A program made the position numbers and the translations under genes. From Takakia lepidozioides (Eukaryota; Plantae; Bryophyta), in the NCBI GenBank assembly GCA_030704615.1, contig CM060732.1, forward strand, positions 38,688,001 through 38,752,000: 64,000 nt of DNA. The letters run 5' to 3'. A model generated the notes under the pieces. The model ran no database searches. It was not told the DNA's origin and saw nothing but the letters and a program-made list of their open reading frames with translations. Of the stretch, positions 1 through 12,793 are shown piece by piece; the first letter of the stretch is position 1; every line of letters starts with the position of its first letter.

Positions 1-3000
1 TCCTGCCCAAACTTCAGGTACTTGAAACATCTCCTCTACATTTTTCTGCCATGACTTCAAATTGTTTAACAGGACGGTCTTGCTTCCAAGAAATAGTCTG
101 TCATCTTAGGGTATCTGGTATTAGGCACTGAAAGCTGAATGGATTTTAAAGTTTTAGGCATGGTTGGAGTTGCTCTCTCACACGGCAATGCCTACTCCAA
201 GGTAGGCCAACATGGTCGTTGTAACTTCAGTATTAATCCGTCTGCAGTGGAAACATTTGAGTGAGAATATCCAAAGTTTGTATTTAGTTGTTTGACCTGT
301 TTTGTGTATGTTCATCACAGTTACAACTGGAGGAGAACTCCACAGCAAGATATGTGCTGGAAGGGAGCACACAATTGTGGCATTTAATGATCGTGGGGAG
401 GGATGAGGGGATCTGGCCTAATCTGGCCTACCATGCAGACTTGTGAACTGTTGTCGCTGGCTGGTTTCAAGTGAGACTGCATGCCCTTTTTTGTCAAGTT
501 GCATTTGTATATGGCTTGTACCAAATGTGGTCGTTATTATAAAAGGGACGATATCAGCGAGGTAGGGGAAGAGTAGCAGATGTAGCATAGGTAGCTGAAT
601 GTAAAGTTTGTCACACTGGTAGTGGGTACCAAGTCCAGTCTATTCAAACAAGTGAACAGACCCCTGAGTTTGTGTCACTTATCTTTGTTGTTATGACTTC
701 AAACTACTCTCCAACGAGCTACCTTTTTGTGTTATAGTGAGGGGGCAAGTGGATCCCATTTTTGGAGACCTGGACAGTAACCTATTTTCTAGTGTGCAGA
801 AGAAGGGCCCAACAGTGTGATTGTTGATTGCCAAGGAATTTTGAGTGTCTGTGTTGAAAATGTTGGTTTCTCTTGCTGCCATGTTAGTCCTTGAAGAATT
901 TACATTTTACTATCCTCTGATTCCATCTGCTTGCCTGCATATGTTGTCACATTTGTGGGGCTACTATTCAACAAGTTTCAGCTGTTTGTGCAGCTGATTT
1001 GCGGGATGGCAGGTGGCCTGCGGCTCTCCCTCACGCTACCTCCCACCACATCTTGCAAAAGCATTACAGGTGTGGCACCCCCTTAGCTTTTGTGCAATCT
1101 GGTGTTCCCTACTCATATTTTCACTTTATTGCGTACCTCATAGCCTATGTGGGGTAGAGGGGTAGAGTAGTCTTGTTGTTGTAGCACGTGACAACCCAGC
1201 TCATCCTTGCGTACCTAATTACCTAAACTGAACCATGACGCTAGATTGAAGGAACTTGTCCCTTCTGTCAATCATTGGTTGGGATCGAAGAGGAATATGG
1301 CAATGCATATCATCAATATGTGAATGTTGATTCTCTGAAACTTCACCATGTGGGGGAATATAGAATTTGAAAACGTGTGGAAAGCAGGTTTGTCATCTAT
1401 GTGGATCACTTGCACTTCTTGAAGGAACTTGCGTTAACCAGAGACGATCCAGACTTGGCCTCTGATTGAAAAGGTAATTTCATGTCAGAATTAGGTAGTA
1501 TGGTTGTCATGAAGCTGGAAATGTCAGTAGGGTTTAGGGTTTGTTGGTTTGTTGTTTTGTTGGTTTGTTGGTTCTCATGAAGCTGGAAATGTCGGTAGGG
1601 TGTTGGTTTGTAGCTCCATCCTTGCCCCCTCATGTTGCTGTCTCCGTACATAACCAACCTGGAGTTGTAAAAAACTAGTTTAATGGGAATGTGGGGCTGG
1701 GAGTATGTAGGGCACTCAAGAAGCGGTTCAAAACAATGGTGCAGTCGGGGAGTAAGTTACAGAATTCACCTACGAATGGGAAGAGTTCCAATGCAGCATC
1801 TGAAGATACTATGGGCGAAAGAGGGGGGCACAAATCAGCAGATTACTTCAGGGATGTCCTCAAGCTGAATGCGACAGGCAAGAATCCCAAACAACTTCTC
1901 TTAGACAAAGACATCACCAAAGAACAATGTGCAAAGTTGTTTGGACAACCTGCAAACAAGAATGGCTACTTTTACATGGTTGTACTGACAAGAGTATGAT
2001 TCCCAAAATCGAGGACCTATGGAGTAAGGTTCATGGGTATGATTGTAAGCCAACCGGTGGTATCATTGCAAACTTGATGGCAAGGGGCATTGTCTATGAA
2101 AAAAGGACTGGACAAAAACTCAATTGGGCAGCATACGCGGCATGGACAGCTAAGCAACAAGAAAGAATGAAGGAGCATCGAGAAGCAAAGGACCCTGGCA
2201 GCACAGACAGTAAGCCAAAGCTAGGAGTTTGTGAATTGAAAGACAGGCTACGCAAAACCCCAGGTAGAGGCAAAGAAGGACTGAAACAAACGCCTGAGCA
2301 AGTGATTGCAGAGATGGAAAGGAAAAAACATGAGCAAGAGTATGTGGCAACTGCTCTAGCGAGTCTTCAGGAACTACATGATTTGAAGTATGAGGAGATG
2401 TGTGGGGCAAAGGAAGAGTTGGAGAGTTAAAGAAAGGGAAGTTGGACTTGATGGAGAAGACGCGGACTGTTCGGGTGCAAATGGAAGACAGACAATGGTG
2501 TCTTGCAGAGTGTCGAACAAGATTGCAGACCTAGAGGCCAAACTCACCCACGAGGGTGCCACAATCCGAGCCGGGGAAGAGACCTTAATGCAAAAAGGGG
2601 AAGAGAGTGTTGGGTTACTGAATTGTGGAAAGGGAAGACAGTCTGAGATGCAAAGGGAACTTGACCAGAAGAAATCAATTGAAGCAGAATTTTGGCTCAA
2701 TGCTGATAAGACCGAAAAAGAGTTCAATGCTTTGTGTGATGCAGGGGACCAGGAAGACAGGGACATTAGAGTGGCAGAGAATGTGGTCGATGTTGCTGAC
2801 ACAGAGAGGAGTCTTATCCAAGATCAGATTGAGGCCTTGACAAATGGGGACAAAGGACTCGTCATCTATCCTATGCCTATATGTCATCCTCAAGTGATCA
2901 AAGATAGTACGTCCATCAAGGATTTCCTGAAGGTCTCTCCTTGCCCTGTTTGCCACAAAGGTTTCCACTGTTGGGACATGGTGGTGGCATCTTGTAAGCA

Positions 3001-3349
3001 CACTTACCATCCTGCTTGTATGGCATCCCATATGAAGACGTCAAACAGGGTAGGGACTTCAGCTGTTCAGAGATCATGCATCCTGATTGTGTTCTAGTTT
3101 TGGGTTTAGGATTCTTGACCCAGAGGTGCAGGCACTTGCGGAAAAGCTGAGAGTGGTTGAGCTGCGCCAAAGGTGGATGTCAAAGCAACTTCACGAAGCC
3201 AGGGTTAGAAACACCCAAGTTCCAGGTAAGATTGATTGCAACATTTCCATGTTTTCTTCTTCAGAAAACTTGTGTGGTCCAAGGCTGTACCTCTTCATGT
3301 CCAATCCTCAGGACTGTAGTCCCAAGATTGGACCTTCAACCCCTTCAAC

Positions 3350-3920
3350 TGACTATGAGTCTGAATGTGGGACTGCAAATGTTATTATTTGTCCTTTTAG
3401 TGGAGTGAATCCTTACTGGGGAGTCCTTATTGAGGAGTGTCATTCTTAACTAGAATTCTGAGTCTTCAGTCATGTGGAGTGTGAGTCCAAGTGCTGACTC
3501 ATGTGGAGTATGAGTCGATGTTTTAGTCATGGGGAGTGTGAGTCCACTTGCTGACTAATTATTGGGAGTATGAGTCCTTAATGATTTCCACTGATTTCCA
3601 GTTTGGAATCAGAGTCCTGTGGAGGGTCAGTCCATGTGCTTAATCATGTGGAGTGTGAGTCCAACTGCAAAATAATGGATGTGGAATGCGAGTCCTTATT
3701 GAGGAGCTTGCTTCTCAACTTGGAATCTGAGTATGGCCCAGATGGAGTGTGAGTCCTAATTAGGGAGTGTGAATCTTGCTTGTAGTCCCACCATCAGCTG
3801 CATAGAACTTGGAAGTCTAATATGGGGGACAAAAAGTCCATTATGATGGACTGTGCACTCCCCACATAATTATTGTAGTCCAACTGTTGGGACTTCGGCC
3901 AATGGTAAGGACTACAATGA
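3350..3920. repeat. Degenerate short-period repeat array (GGAGTGTGAGTCC-like) in the putative intron of the RING gene
   Basis: Many variants of TGGAGT(G/A)TGAGTC(C), e.g. near 3475, 3505, 3532, 3564, 3648 and 3742. Confidence 0.75.
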
Positions 3921-5106
3921 CTTGTCTGGACTCAAATTACAGTTAATGTTGTATTGGTAGACAGTAGGCACCAAGTGATAATTCAGCCTTCTCAAACCAG
4001 TTGTAATGGTGTAGGTGTGATAGCAGATGATGGCTTCATTGATGCCAACAAACGAAGACCAGGACCTCCATCTCAGGCCACCCAACTATAGCGCATTCAC
4101 CACCAACTACAGTGGAGGCCAAAGTGGACATGGTGGTAGTGCTGTGAACCAAAACTTCCTCGAACTCCAAGCTCGTCAACTCTTCAAATGTCACCTTTGG
4201 GGCTGTCGCGGCCGGGGATCGTTTGCACCAATTGTTGGTGATCCGTTGAACCCTGAGGTTGATGTCACACCTGATACCATCATGCAAGAGGTTTCAGCTT
4301 CAGGAAAGGGTTATGTCAAGAAGTTCCTCATTCCTGGTTCTCCACCAAAAAAAGATTCCTGGATCTCCACTGCAGGCTGCATTTGTTCCAGAGATTGTCA
4401 CGACACATACGCTACAAAGTACACATGAAGATGTTGTGGACTTGACAATCCCATCCACTGTTGTTCCTCCTTATGTGGATGTGAAGGTTGAAAGAGATGG
4501 TGCCCAAAATACTGGACATGTGGCAACCCTCTCATCAGACTCAGAATTGGGGTCACAGGGATTTGAAACTGATGCTGGGGCGACTCCCAGTCTGATTCTG
4601 ATACAGTTGTGTTGCACAGTACCATAGGTGGAGGCCCCTCACAAGTTTCAGATCCTATATTTCATGTCACTCCACCAGTTGCTACCTCCCTTGTTGCTCC
4701 GCCAATATCCATTCCCGCAATTCCAGCTCAATTGGATGGTGGTTCTCCATTACCTATGGTAGTATATGTACCTCATGCCTTAGCAACAACCCCTCCTGTT
4801 CTTGGACCAGTGTTGAACCCCCCAGCTGTAGCCCTTGTCAGTCCACATGTTCAGGCAACAGGGAAGCGTAAACGAGAACGAAAGAGATCTCGCAAGGCAT
4901 TGAGTGCAGAGTATGCAAAGAAGCCCACCACTAGGGCGGATTCTAAGGTATCAATTGACAAGGATATGGACAAGTGCCCAGGTGAAAGTACCCCCTCATC
5001 AAAGAGAGTTGTCGTGCACAAGCCCTTGGATACGAATGAAGACAACGATCTGAGCCACCATGATAAGAGTAACTCAATCCCACGGGATGGTGTTGTGAAG
5101 GCCGCT

Positions 5107-5214
5107 CGGGGCCCTGTTGTGAAGTCACTGAACACCGTGAAGACTCCTCCAAACTTGACCACTCGGGGGCCTGTTGTCAAGTCCCTTAATACTGTCAAGA
5201 CCCCACCTAACTTG
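5107..5214 (+). repeat. In-frame tandem duplication encoding RGPVVKSLNTVKTPPNL twice
   Basis: Copies at 5107-5157 and 5164-5214 give an identical 17-aa peptide. Confidence 0.95.
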
Positions 5215-7036
5215 AAGATGGATGCAGGTTCTTCTGGTGCAGGCCCTAAGAAGAAGAAAGAAAACATATCAACTAGGTACAAGCTGAGTACTGTACACTT
5301 ATGAGGACTTTACACTCGCTGCTGTCATTGTGGGGACAGGTCTCGTCTCTCATCAGTACTTGTTCATTTATGACATGGCCACTTTGGGAGGCAGGCACCA
5401 AGCAAAGGCTAGTCTTTCATCGATGGGGTAGAGGTTGGTGCCACGATATGTCAATGTTGAGCAGTTTAGAACTGGCAGAGGATGTTTAGTGTTACCATTA
5501 GGTGCCCAGCCAAGTCATGTGATGTGGATTTGCCCTTGTGGTTTCTCGAGTAGCTCACAATGGACACATGACATGGATTGAGGGCATGCACATTACTTCT
5601 TTGTTCATTTCTGCTGATAGGTATGCTGTTAAACTTGTGAGTAAGGCAGGCAACAATCATGACAGTGGTTTTGAAAACAATGCACTCTATTTTGCTATCT
5701 GTTTCTGATAGGAATTGCTAGAATACCTTTGTGCAGGCAGTCTACTGTTATCATTCTATGTGAGAAAGATGGCTTTGAAAGGCCATTGCTTTTCCTGCCT
5801 GTGCTACAATTCTCCAACATGCGTGGGTTTAACAGAGTCTGCGCCTGAAATTTGACTAACTGGTGGATGGTATGGCTACATCCGTTGTACCTCTATCCTC
5901 CTTTGCTTGACTCTGATAGTTCATTTACAAAACTGCAATCGAACACCAACAATACAAGTCTCCATCTCTCAATGGTAATTAGTCTAGCCTTGGTGAAGAT
6001 CCCTGGTATGGCGGACCGAAGCCTGGCCAACAGACAACATTCCATCATTCCCTCTCTACAGGAGACAAGCTGGTTCTGTACCCCAAGTCAGGACACTAAT
6101 CAACTCACTAAACAGAATATACCTCAGTAATGGCAGCTCTAAGCAATCTACCTTCGCTCAATTGAGCACATAAATGTGATTTGTAGTGCTGCCTGCCTAA
6201 TTCTTCAGAGAGTTTGATAGTCTCTCTCAACTTCATCCAAGCCCAAAAATTACTTGTGTGTATGATTTAATGCATGCAGTTCAATATGCAAGGATGGCTT
6301 AACTTTGAAGAGGGAATTCAGACAGTTTATGATAGCAGGTCTGCTGCTGTTCCACTTGATTGTTCCCACTGTGTTTGGAAGGCTGTTAGCAACTCAGACT
6401 AGAATGGCGCCCGGCTTCAGCGTGTTGAGGATCATGTGCCTTGAGGAACATGTGCCTTATTTTTACAGCTATGATCTTCTCCACTTTCTTATCCAAAACG
6501 AGGGTGTGGAACTTTGAAAGGACCAGGAAGTATGACAAGTTGTAGGGTTTATGATGAGGTTTTGCCATATCTTCGTAGCCAGGCACCTTTGCCAACCAGT
6601 TGGTATGAGAAGGGGGAGGACAACAGATTGTGTGATCAGAGAGGAAGGCAGACACACTCCAAATAACAAGAAACCAATCACAGAAAGAAAACCAGACACA
6701 TTAAATTGAAATTCCCCGCCTTGTGAAGTGATACACCACAGCACTAGTGCGGGAATTCTAGTCACCAGGCACATTCAATTGAACAGTAACAAATTTGGCC
6801 ACAGCCACAGCCTCTTCAGCCATAGCTTGCAAGATAGATTATAGATTATGAATTATAATCTGCGGCCAAATAACAAAGCTACATACATACAAATTCCGAA
6901 AAACAATCTCTCAGCTCACAAGCAACTTGTAATTCACATTGCTACATATTTGAGTTACATAACCCAAGGGAGAATTGGACCCATCCCGATAAGGGAAGTT
7001 GCCCGTCAACCATGGATTGGCCTGCAACATGCCATC

Positions 7037-10000
7037 TTAGCGATCTTCCATTGCTGCCAGAGCTTCATTGATGCCTTCCAATGCATCCGCAGACAAGGTG
7101 AAGACTGCATCCTTGCCTTTGACTCGATATGTCGCTGGAGGCATAGCAAATTTGATAGCCCTCACCAAATGCGAATACAGAAATGCCAAAGGCTGGTCAG
7201 ATAGGAACTTGTAAGCCTTATCTCTTCTTCCACACAACTGGTAATATCTCCCTGCAACCACATGCTCGCCAGGGTCAAAAGTACTTCCCCCCATCTGTGA
7301 ATGTCTCCATAACAACGTGAACCGGCCTTTCACAACAGAGCAAGTAGAAGTCCACCCCTTCTGAGTTTCCAGCTTCAGCATTGCAGGCAAAATTGTCCCC
7401 TGCATCCAAGCAGGAGGCCAAGTCCTCCCCATCTCCCCCAAACTCTTGTTCTTCATCCCCTTCTTCTTCAATCTGCCTCCGGACAGCAGTTGTATTTGTA
7501 GGTTGCAGGGTTTGCAACTTCCATTTTTGTGCATGAGCAATACTGATGCAGTTGTCCCAAAAGATCCAAACAATGCGGACAAAAACATGCTAAGTCTCGA
7601 ACCATAAGTTTGGTTGGGTCTGACTTGTTCCTCCCAAGAATGGAATGTAAAGACCGAGTTCCAGGTACGGTCTTGCAATCCCACTCTTGTGTACGGTCAA
7701 CATCTTCTGTACGAACAAGCCAAAAATGTCTTTTCACTGCTGTTCTAATCTTAGAGTACGAAGAAGGAGGTCGGGTGGACAGGTTCTTGCGCAAAAAAGC
7801 TACTGCCTCAGCAGCATTTTGCAGCTTCACACCATTGAGTTTAACTGCTCTGCTCGTAAAGCCCTCTTGATCACAGCACCAGCCCCATCGTGCTCACCTT
7901 TCCCGTGCCCTGATCCAAAAAAGTTCCACCACATTGTGCAACCCCCTGTGATGTGGGGGTACCTACTAACAAAATACCAAGGACGAGCACCTTTAAACTG
8001 AGCAGCACAACCGTCACTCCATACCCAATGCGATTCAGGTCTGAACCCTGCTTCAGCAAGGTAATTCCAATGAAACCGAAAGCAATGTTGTACGAACAGC
8101 GTGTCATGCTTGTTGTCATCAGAAATGTAAAAGTGCATTTCTTTCAAAACCTTGGAATCGGGATCATTCACATCAGGGTGTGGATTCCACCGGTAGGTAA
8201 TGTGCACCAATATAGTGATCTGGAAACTGTGCCAGTGCATCTCTTGCACTTCATTCTGAACTGTAAAAGTGTAGTTTTCAGCAAAGTCAACAACAGACAA
8301 TATTGTATTCTCTGGCAAAGATTTCAAACTGGCTTTAAACTGAGCATCTTGCCATCGGGCTACAAAGTTATGACGAACAAAAGCCTGTAGCTTGGGTTTG
8401 AAGTACGACAAGAATTCAACAGAGGAAGTCGTTTGGTATTGGAGTTTCAGTCTCATTCTAGGGGCTCCATCTTTCTCCCAACATTCTCTTTTGCATAGCA
8501 TCTCCACTGCACTGTCAAATCACAACCATTTGCCTCCACGGGACAAATAGATAACTTACTTGAGCCACACCTCAAGCACTCTCCCATGAGACAGTCTCGC
8601 CGATGCCATTCATCCAATTCCCCTTTGGGACAAACAATTTCTTGCCAAAGCCAAGTCACTCCTTTGTAGGGGTGCTTGTTCGCTTGACAACCAGCTTCAC
8701 CATCTAATACTGGTCCACGTCGACAAATATTACAGTCACAAGTACATGATGATGGAGAGTGGACACCCCTCTCGGCAGTCCGCATGTTGTTGAACCCATC
8801 CTTCAACTCCGCCATCTCCACATGATATTTGCAGCAACAAACATTACGATCCTTCAGGCGTTTGACAAAGAATGGCCTCAACAACTCAAACAATCGTTGA
8901 CCCACTTTGACATTGGGATGGGCTGATTTGAAGCGAAAGAAAGAAAGCAGTCTGCATTGCCACCACAACATGCACAAAGAGAATCCCATTTAGTGCATGC
9001 ACTAAGAATACCTACTACTAGACCTAGACCAGTCCTAGACCTAGTCTTAGTCATAGTCCTTTCTCATCACATGTCAAATTGTACAAGTACTAATCAGTCC
9101 TAGTAGTCCTAGACCTAGTCCTTCCTAGTCATATGAAGTAGTACATGTACTAATCAGTCCGAGTGTGAGTCCTTTCTAGTCACATATTAAGGAATGCATG
9201 TACTAACCAGTCAGTCAGTCATATTGTCCTAGTCCTAGTCCTAAGTCACATACCACCTAATCAGTCCTAGTCTTCTTTCTAGTCACATATCAAGGAATGC
9301 ATGTCCAAATCGGTCCTAGTCCTAGTCATTGTCCTTTTCTAGTCACATTTCAAGGAGTGCATGTACTAATGGAGTACATGTACATCGACTTCTAGTCCCT
9401 CCAAATCAAATTACATGGAGTGCATGCTATTTTGTCCTATCTAGTCATAATATAAGGAGTGCATGCTAGTGAGTCGTACTTCTAGTCCATCCCAGGCCTG
9501 TTTACAATGAGTACCAGTCCATGAACAAGAGGGACATCTTCAAGACACTCCAATTCAGGACATGAGCTGGACATAGTGTCCACAATTGAGTACAGTAATC
9601 TCAGTCCACTGGTAGGTTTACAGGTGACGATGTACCCTAGGGAAAATGTACGAGGCAACCCAAACAACACAAATGGCAGTTGACAAACTCCAACATAGTC
9701 CAATACAGTTATGTAGTAGTAGTAAGTGTAGAAGGATTGTAAAGTACTGAGAGCCCACACAAACACTGTAAAGAGAGGGTTCGCTTACCTGAGTCTCAAG
9801 AAGATAGTGAGCAGGTTGTGTATCATAGACTTTCCTCGATACGCGCTGCCTCACGACATCTTTCTTGTTGGGTGACACTCGTGTCTCATTTACCCACCAA
9901 GCCAAAACGATCGCTCGGGTCGCATCTGGTACATGATCAGACCTTTTCTTTCTCCCACCCAAAGCCCACAAACCCTCACCTTCTGAATCAATGACTCTTC

Positions 10001-10612
10001 GTCGTACAATTGCACGACTAATATTGCTATGATGAATATTAAGAATACGTGCCGTTGCCCTCACAAGTTGGGGTTCCACTAACAGACGCTGTTAAGAATG
10101 AGCGTTTACTCGCAAGCTTATCTAAAGACTGCACACCCTTAACAAGTTGCATGGAGCTCTGCTGGTTCTTCAACAGATCTGCATGCGCCTTGGCCTCCTT
10201 AGGCGGCAAGTAATAGGCAGGTAAGCTGAGTTTAATGAGATGGTGACCCAAAAATAACTCCATTACCTCTGTTTGTGAATGAAGTGTTGGGCATTCCCTC
10301 AATTGCTTGTAACAGAAGTCGGCCATTTTCAAAGCTATTCTCCTCTTGTCTCGTTCTCCAAACCCCACCCTGGCATCTTCCACAGAACCTTGCCCAGACG
10401 TTGTAGTAGCCGCATTAATCTTGCCTCTTTTTGGGCTTGAAGTCTCTCCCTATACATTCTTTTTTCTGGTCAGCGTGGGTTTGTTTGCGTGCATCCTCGG
10501 TGGGCCTGGCTGCAGCCAACAAAGCCAGTTTTGCCCTTTTTTGAGGGCCTGGTCTTACCTCTCCATTTACCCTATACTTGTTCTTCTTGTTCCCCATTGA
10601 AAACTGATACAA
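7037..10612 (-). pseudogene. DDE transposase, Sola2-like, with several frameshifts and one intron (about 9788-8952)
   Basis: Motifs VVDFAENY...QEMHW, ISDDNKHD, WSDGCAAQFK and FFGSGHGKGEHDGAGAVIKR (ORF 7827-8507). Cys clusters CCCKYH, CTCDCNIC, CLMGECLRC and a C-terminal CFCPHC. Donor CAG|GTAAG at 9789/9788 and acceptor GCAG| at 8952/8951. Superfamily assigned from remembered motifs. Confidence 0.8.
9010..9520. repeat. Degenerate CTAGTC/TAGTCC repeat array inside the transposase intron
   Basis: Many copies of CTAGTC(C/A), plus longer recurring units such as TTTCTAGTCACAT..AAGGA(A/G)TGCATGT. Confidence 0.85.
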
Positions 10613-10904
10613 CTGTTAGCACAATATAGAGATCGGAAACCAGACAACAGTTTGCTTAAGTGTACTCTCTCTCCCAATGGTTGTCCCAGTCCAATTCAGT
10701 TGTATGAAAACATGGCCTGCAAAACAACCCAAAGCAAATGTGAGAAGAATATCAACACTCTCGGTTCTGTTGCACCAATTTACACCAAGTAGGAAAATCT
10801 GCAATGAATATGACAACAAATGGGAGAGCCCCCACCTTTACTTGTTATGTAATCAGCCACAAACCCAATGCTTCCACGATTTACTTCACCATTCCTATTA
10901 TTCT

Positions 10905-11105
10905 CTCGCCCTTGTCGTCCGGACTGTGGACAAAATCAGAATGTCGACTTCACGTCCTTGAAACCCATCCACAGTATTGAACTCAATGTCACATGCTGCA
11001 CCAGAACCTAGTGCACGAATAAAGCGATTCTGAAGCAGTAATAGCTGCTGCTTGTACAGTGTAATTATTATCCCAAAGCGCCCTGGCCTCACCTCAGCTG
11101 AATAC
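10905..11105 (-). pseudogene. Captured exon of a Sen1/senataxin/Upf1-like superfamily-1 helicase (C-terminal RecA, AAA_12-type)
   Basis: Translates as GIIITLYKQQLLLLQNRF...DIEFNTVDGFQGREVDILILSTVR, preceded by the acceptor TTTTACCAG| at 11106. No other helicase exons were seen. Confidence 0.8.
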
Positions 11106-11941
11106 CTGGTAAAATTCCACCAAACGCAGCAGCAGCAGCAAGAACGCATATCATCAGCAGGAAAATCGCATATCATCACAATACAAATCATTTTGAACCC
11201 CCAAGGATGCACCTTGAGAGGGACCCTGTATATAATCAAGTCTCCTGCTATAGGGCAGTCAATGCAATATGCGGTAGGGGTTCCCACTCAAAAACAGGAT
11301 GAGCACGATAAGGCATGAGATTGCTATGGTGGCGGGAGCCCTGGATAGAGAACCTATCCAAACTAACGCGTAGTACATCCTCTTACTCATGCTCAACTTG
11401 AGGGAAGATTAACATTATTCTAGATGGAGGTAATGCGCAGGCTGTAAGTAGCTGCGATTGAAGTGCACGCGACCTACAAGCAGCTTGCGTACCCAAGACT
11501 TGAGCTAGTAGATGGGGCTGATATGGTTCAGATTGTGACCCTCACAAACGCAAACACAATACCACTTACAGCTAGTTATCACTATACAAAGATTGCAACC
11601 TCCAAAACTCACACATGTATCACATAAATACTACACAGGGCACTTTCTTGGAACTCAGGTGAGCAACATAGACAAATGAATGTGCGTGCGTAGTGAGTAC
11701 GACAAGAGCAAAACCAAACACCCGAATGCTGGAGGAAATGGCCAGGTTGCACGAAGATACGTCAATGGCGAGGTTGCACGCCAATACTGCCCGTGTCGCA
11801 CCCCGTATCCAACGTGTTCCAGGCTGTTGTGCGCTCTAGTGCATTACATAAGAACTGAAAGCATATCATGCATGGCTATCTCTGCACACTCAAAAATATG
11901 AGAAAGAAGATCGATAGCACGAATAGAACGTTAGGCCATTA

Positions 11942-12198
11942 GGGCAAAGGTGTATGGGCACACTTGCAAACGCGCAGACATTTTGAAAATCTACGTTGAC
12001 AGACCACCCGGCGACGGGTGACCCGCCGTCTTGCACACTCCATGCGCGAGACTGTTGTCTTGAAGCTTTTCATGCAGCATCCATGGCGGACGCAGCCGCG
12101 CAGTCCATATCTCACGGTAGGCAGCTCGAACGACTTAGTTTTTTTCACCAAAATGGCATACGTAGCAACCTTTAGTGTCTCCTGCAACCCCTTTGCCC
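11942..12198. mobile_element. Putative Tourist/PIF-Harbinger-like MITE
   Basis: TTA|GGGCAAAGG ... CCTTTGCCC|TTA: 9-bp perfect TIR with a 3-bp TTA duplication; 257 bp, non-coding. Confidence 0.5.
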
Positions 12199-12793
12199 TT
12201 ATGTGAATGTTACATTATTTTCTAGATTTTCCAAAATATACACCAATGTAACTCTCTTCATGAAAAATCATCAAGCAGTTCATTCCTTCATAAAAACCTC
12301 CATATCATTGTAAAGTGCCTTAGGGAGTCTTGAAAGCTACACTTCTTATGAAAGGACCATAGCATGAAAATGAATGGAAGAAGGTCTAATGAATTAGGAT
12401 GTTCCAAGATAAAATGATAGATTTTGAAAATTTCTCACATATCTCATAAACTAATTCTTAGGGCTACATTGTGGTTTCCACGTATAACGGTGACCTTCCT
12501 ACTGGACATTAAAATCCCTATGTGAATTGAAGTTTTCCACCACTCCAATTGATTCCATATAGTCCACAACCTTACTTTGGACATCATACATACTTTTACG
12601 TTTGGACTTCATTCAATGCTCAAATCTCCATGGATTCCAAAAAGAAAACCACCGTTGTTTTCAGCACAGAATAAGGATCAATGATTCATGTCTAAACTTT
12701 CAAAATGCACTTATATCCAACATCCATGTCAGTCCTTCTATGTGGCACTGCATTCGCAGAGAGCTTGGGACGTCCATTTTGGGTGGACCGTAG

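Larger units (their letters stand above)
1691..5304 (+). pseudogene. Accessory gene of the transposon: coiled-coil + RING finger + Pro/Lys-rich tail, frameshifted
   Basis: Overlapping ORFs 1691-1999, 1927-2430, 2390-3097 and 3087-3225 join by frameshifts. An E/K-rich coiled coil is followed by CPVC-x11-CKH-x2-H-x2-C and further Cys after a frameshift (RING-like). Donor CCAG|GTAAG at 3225/3226. Downstream ORFs 4027-5304 include the NLS-like KRKRERKRSRK. Confidence 0.55.
1..12790. mobile_element. Large (>12.8 kb) decayed DDE DNA transposon, Sola2-like; left end probably outside the window
   Basis: Contains a frameshifted DDE transposase (7037-10612, minus), a convergent RING gene and a captured host exon. 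AT-rich non-coding terminal sequence ends abruptly at ...TTTTGGGTGGACCG|TAG, directly against WD40 coding sequence. No partner TIR is visible, so the extent is inferred. Confidence 0.55.

Noticed and set aside
1-1690. Further exons of transposon accessory genes
   Set aside because: Some splice-like signals and coding-like composition, but no supportable reading frame or motif.
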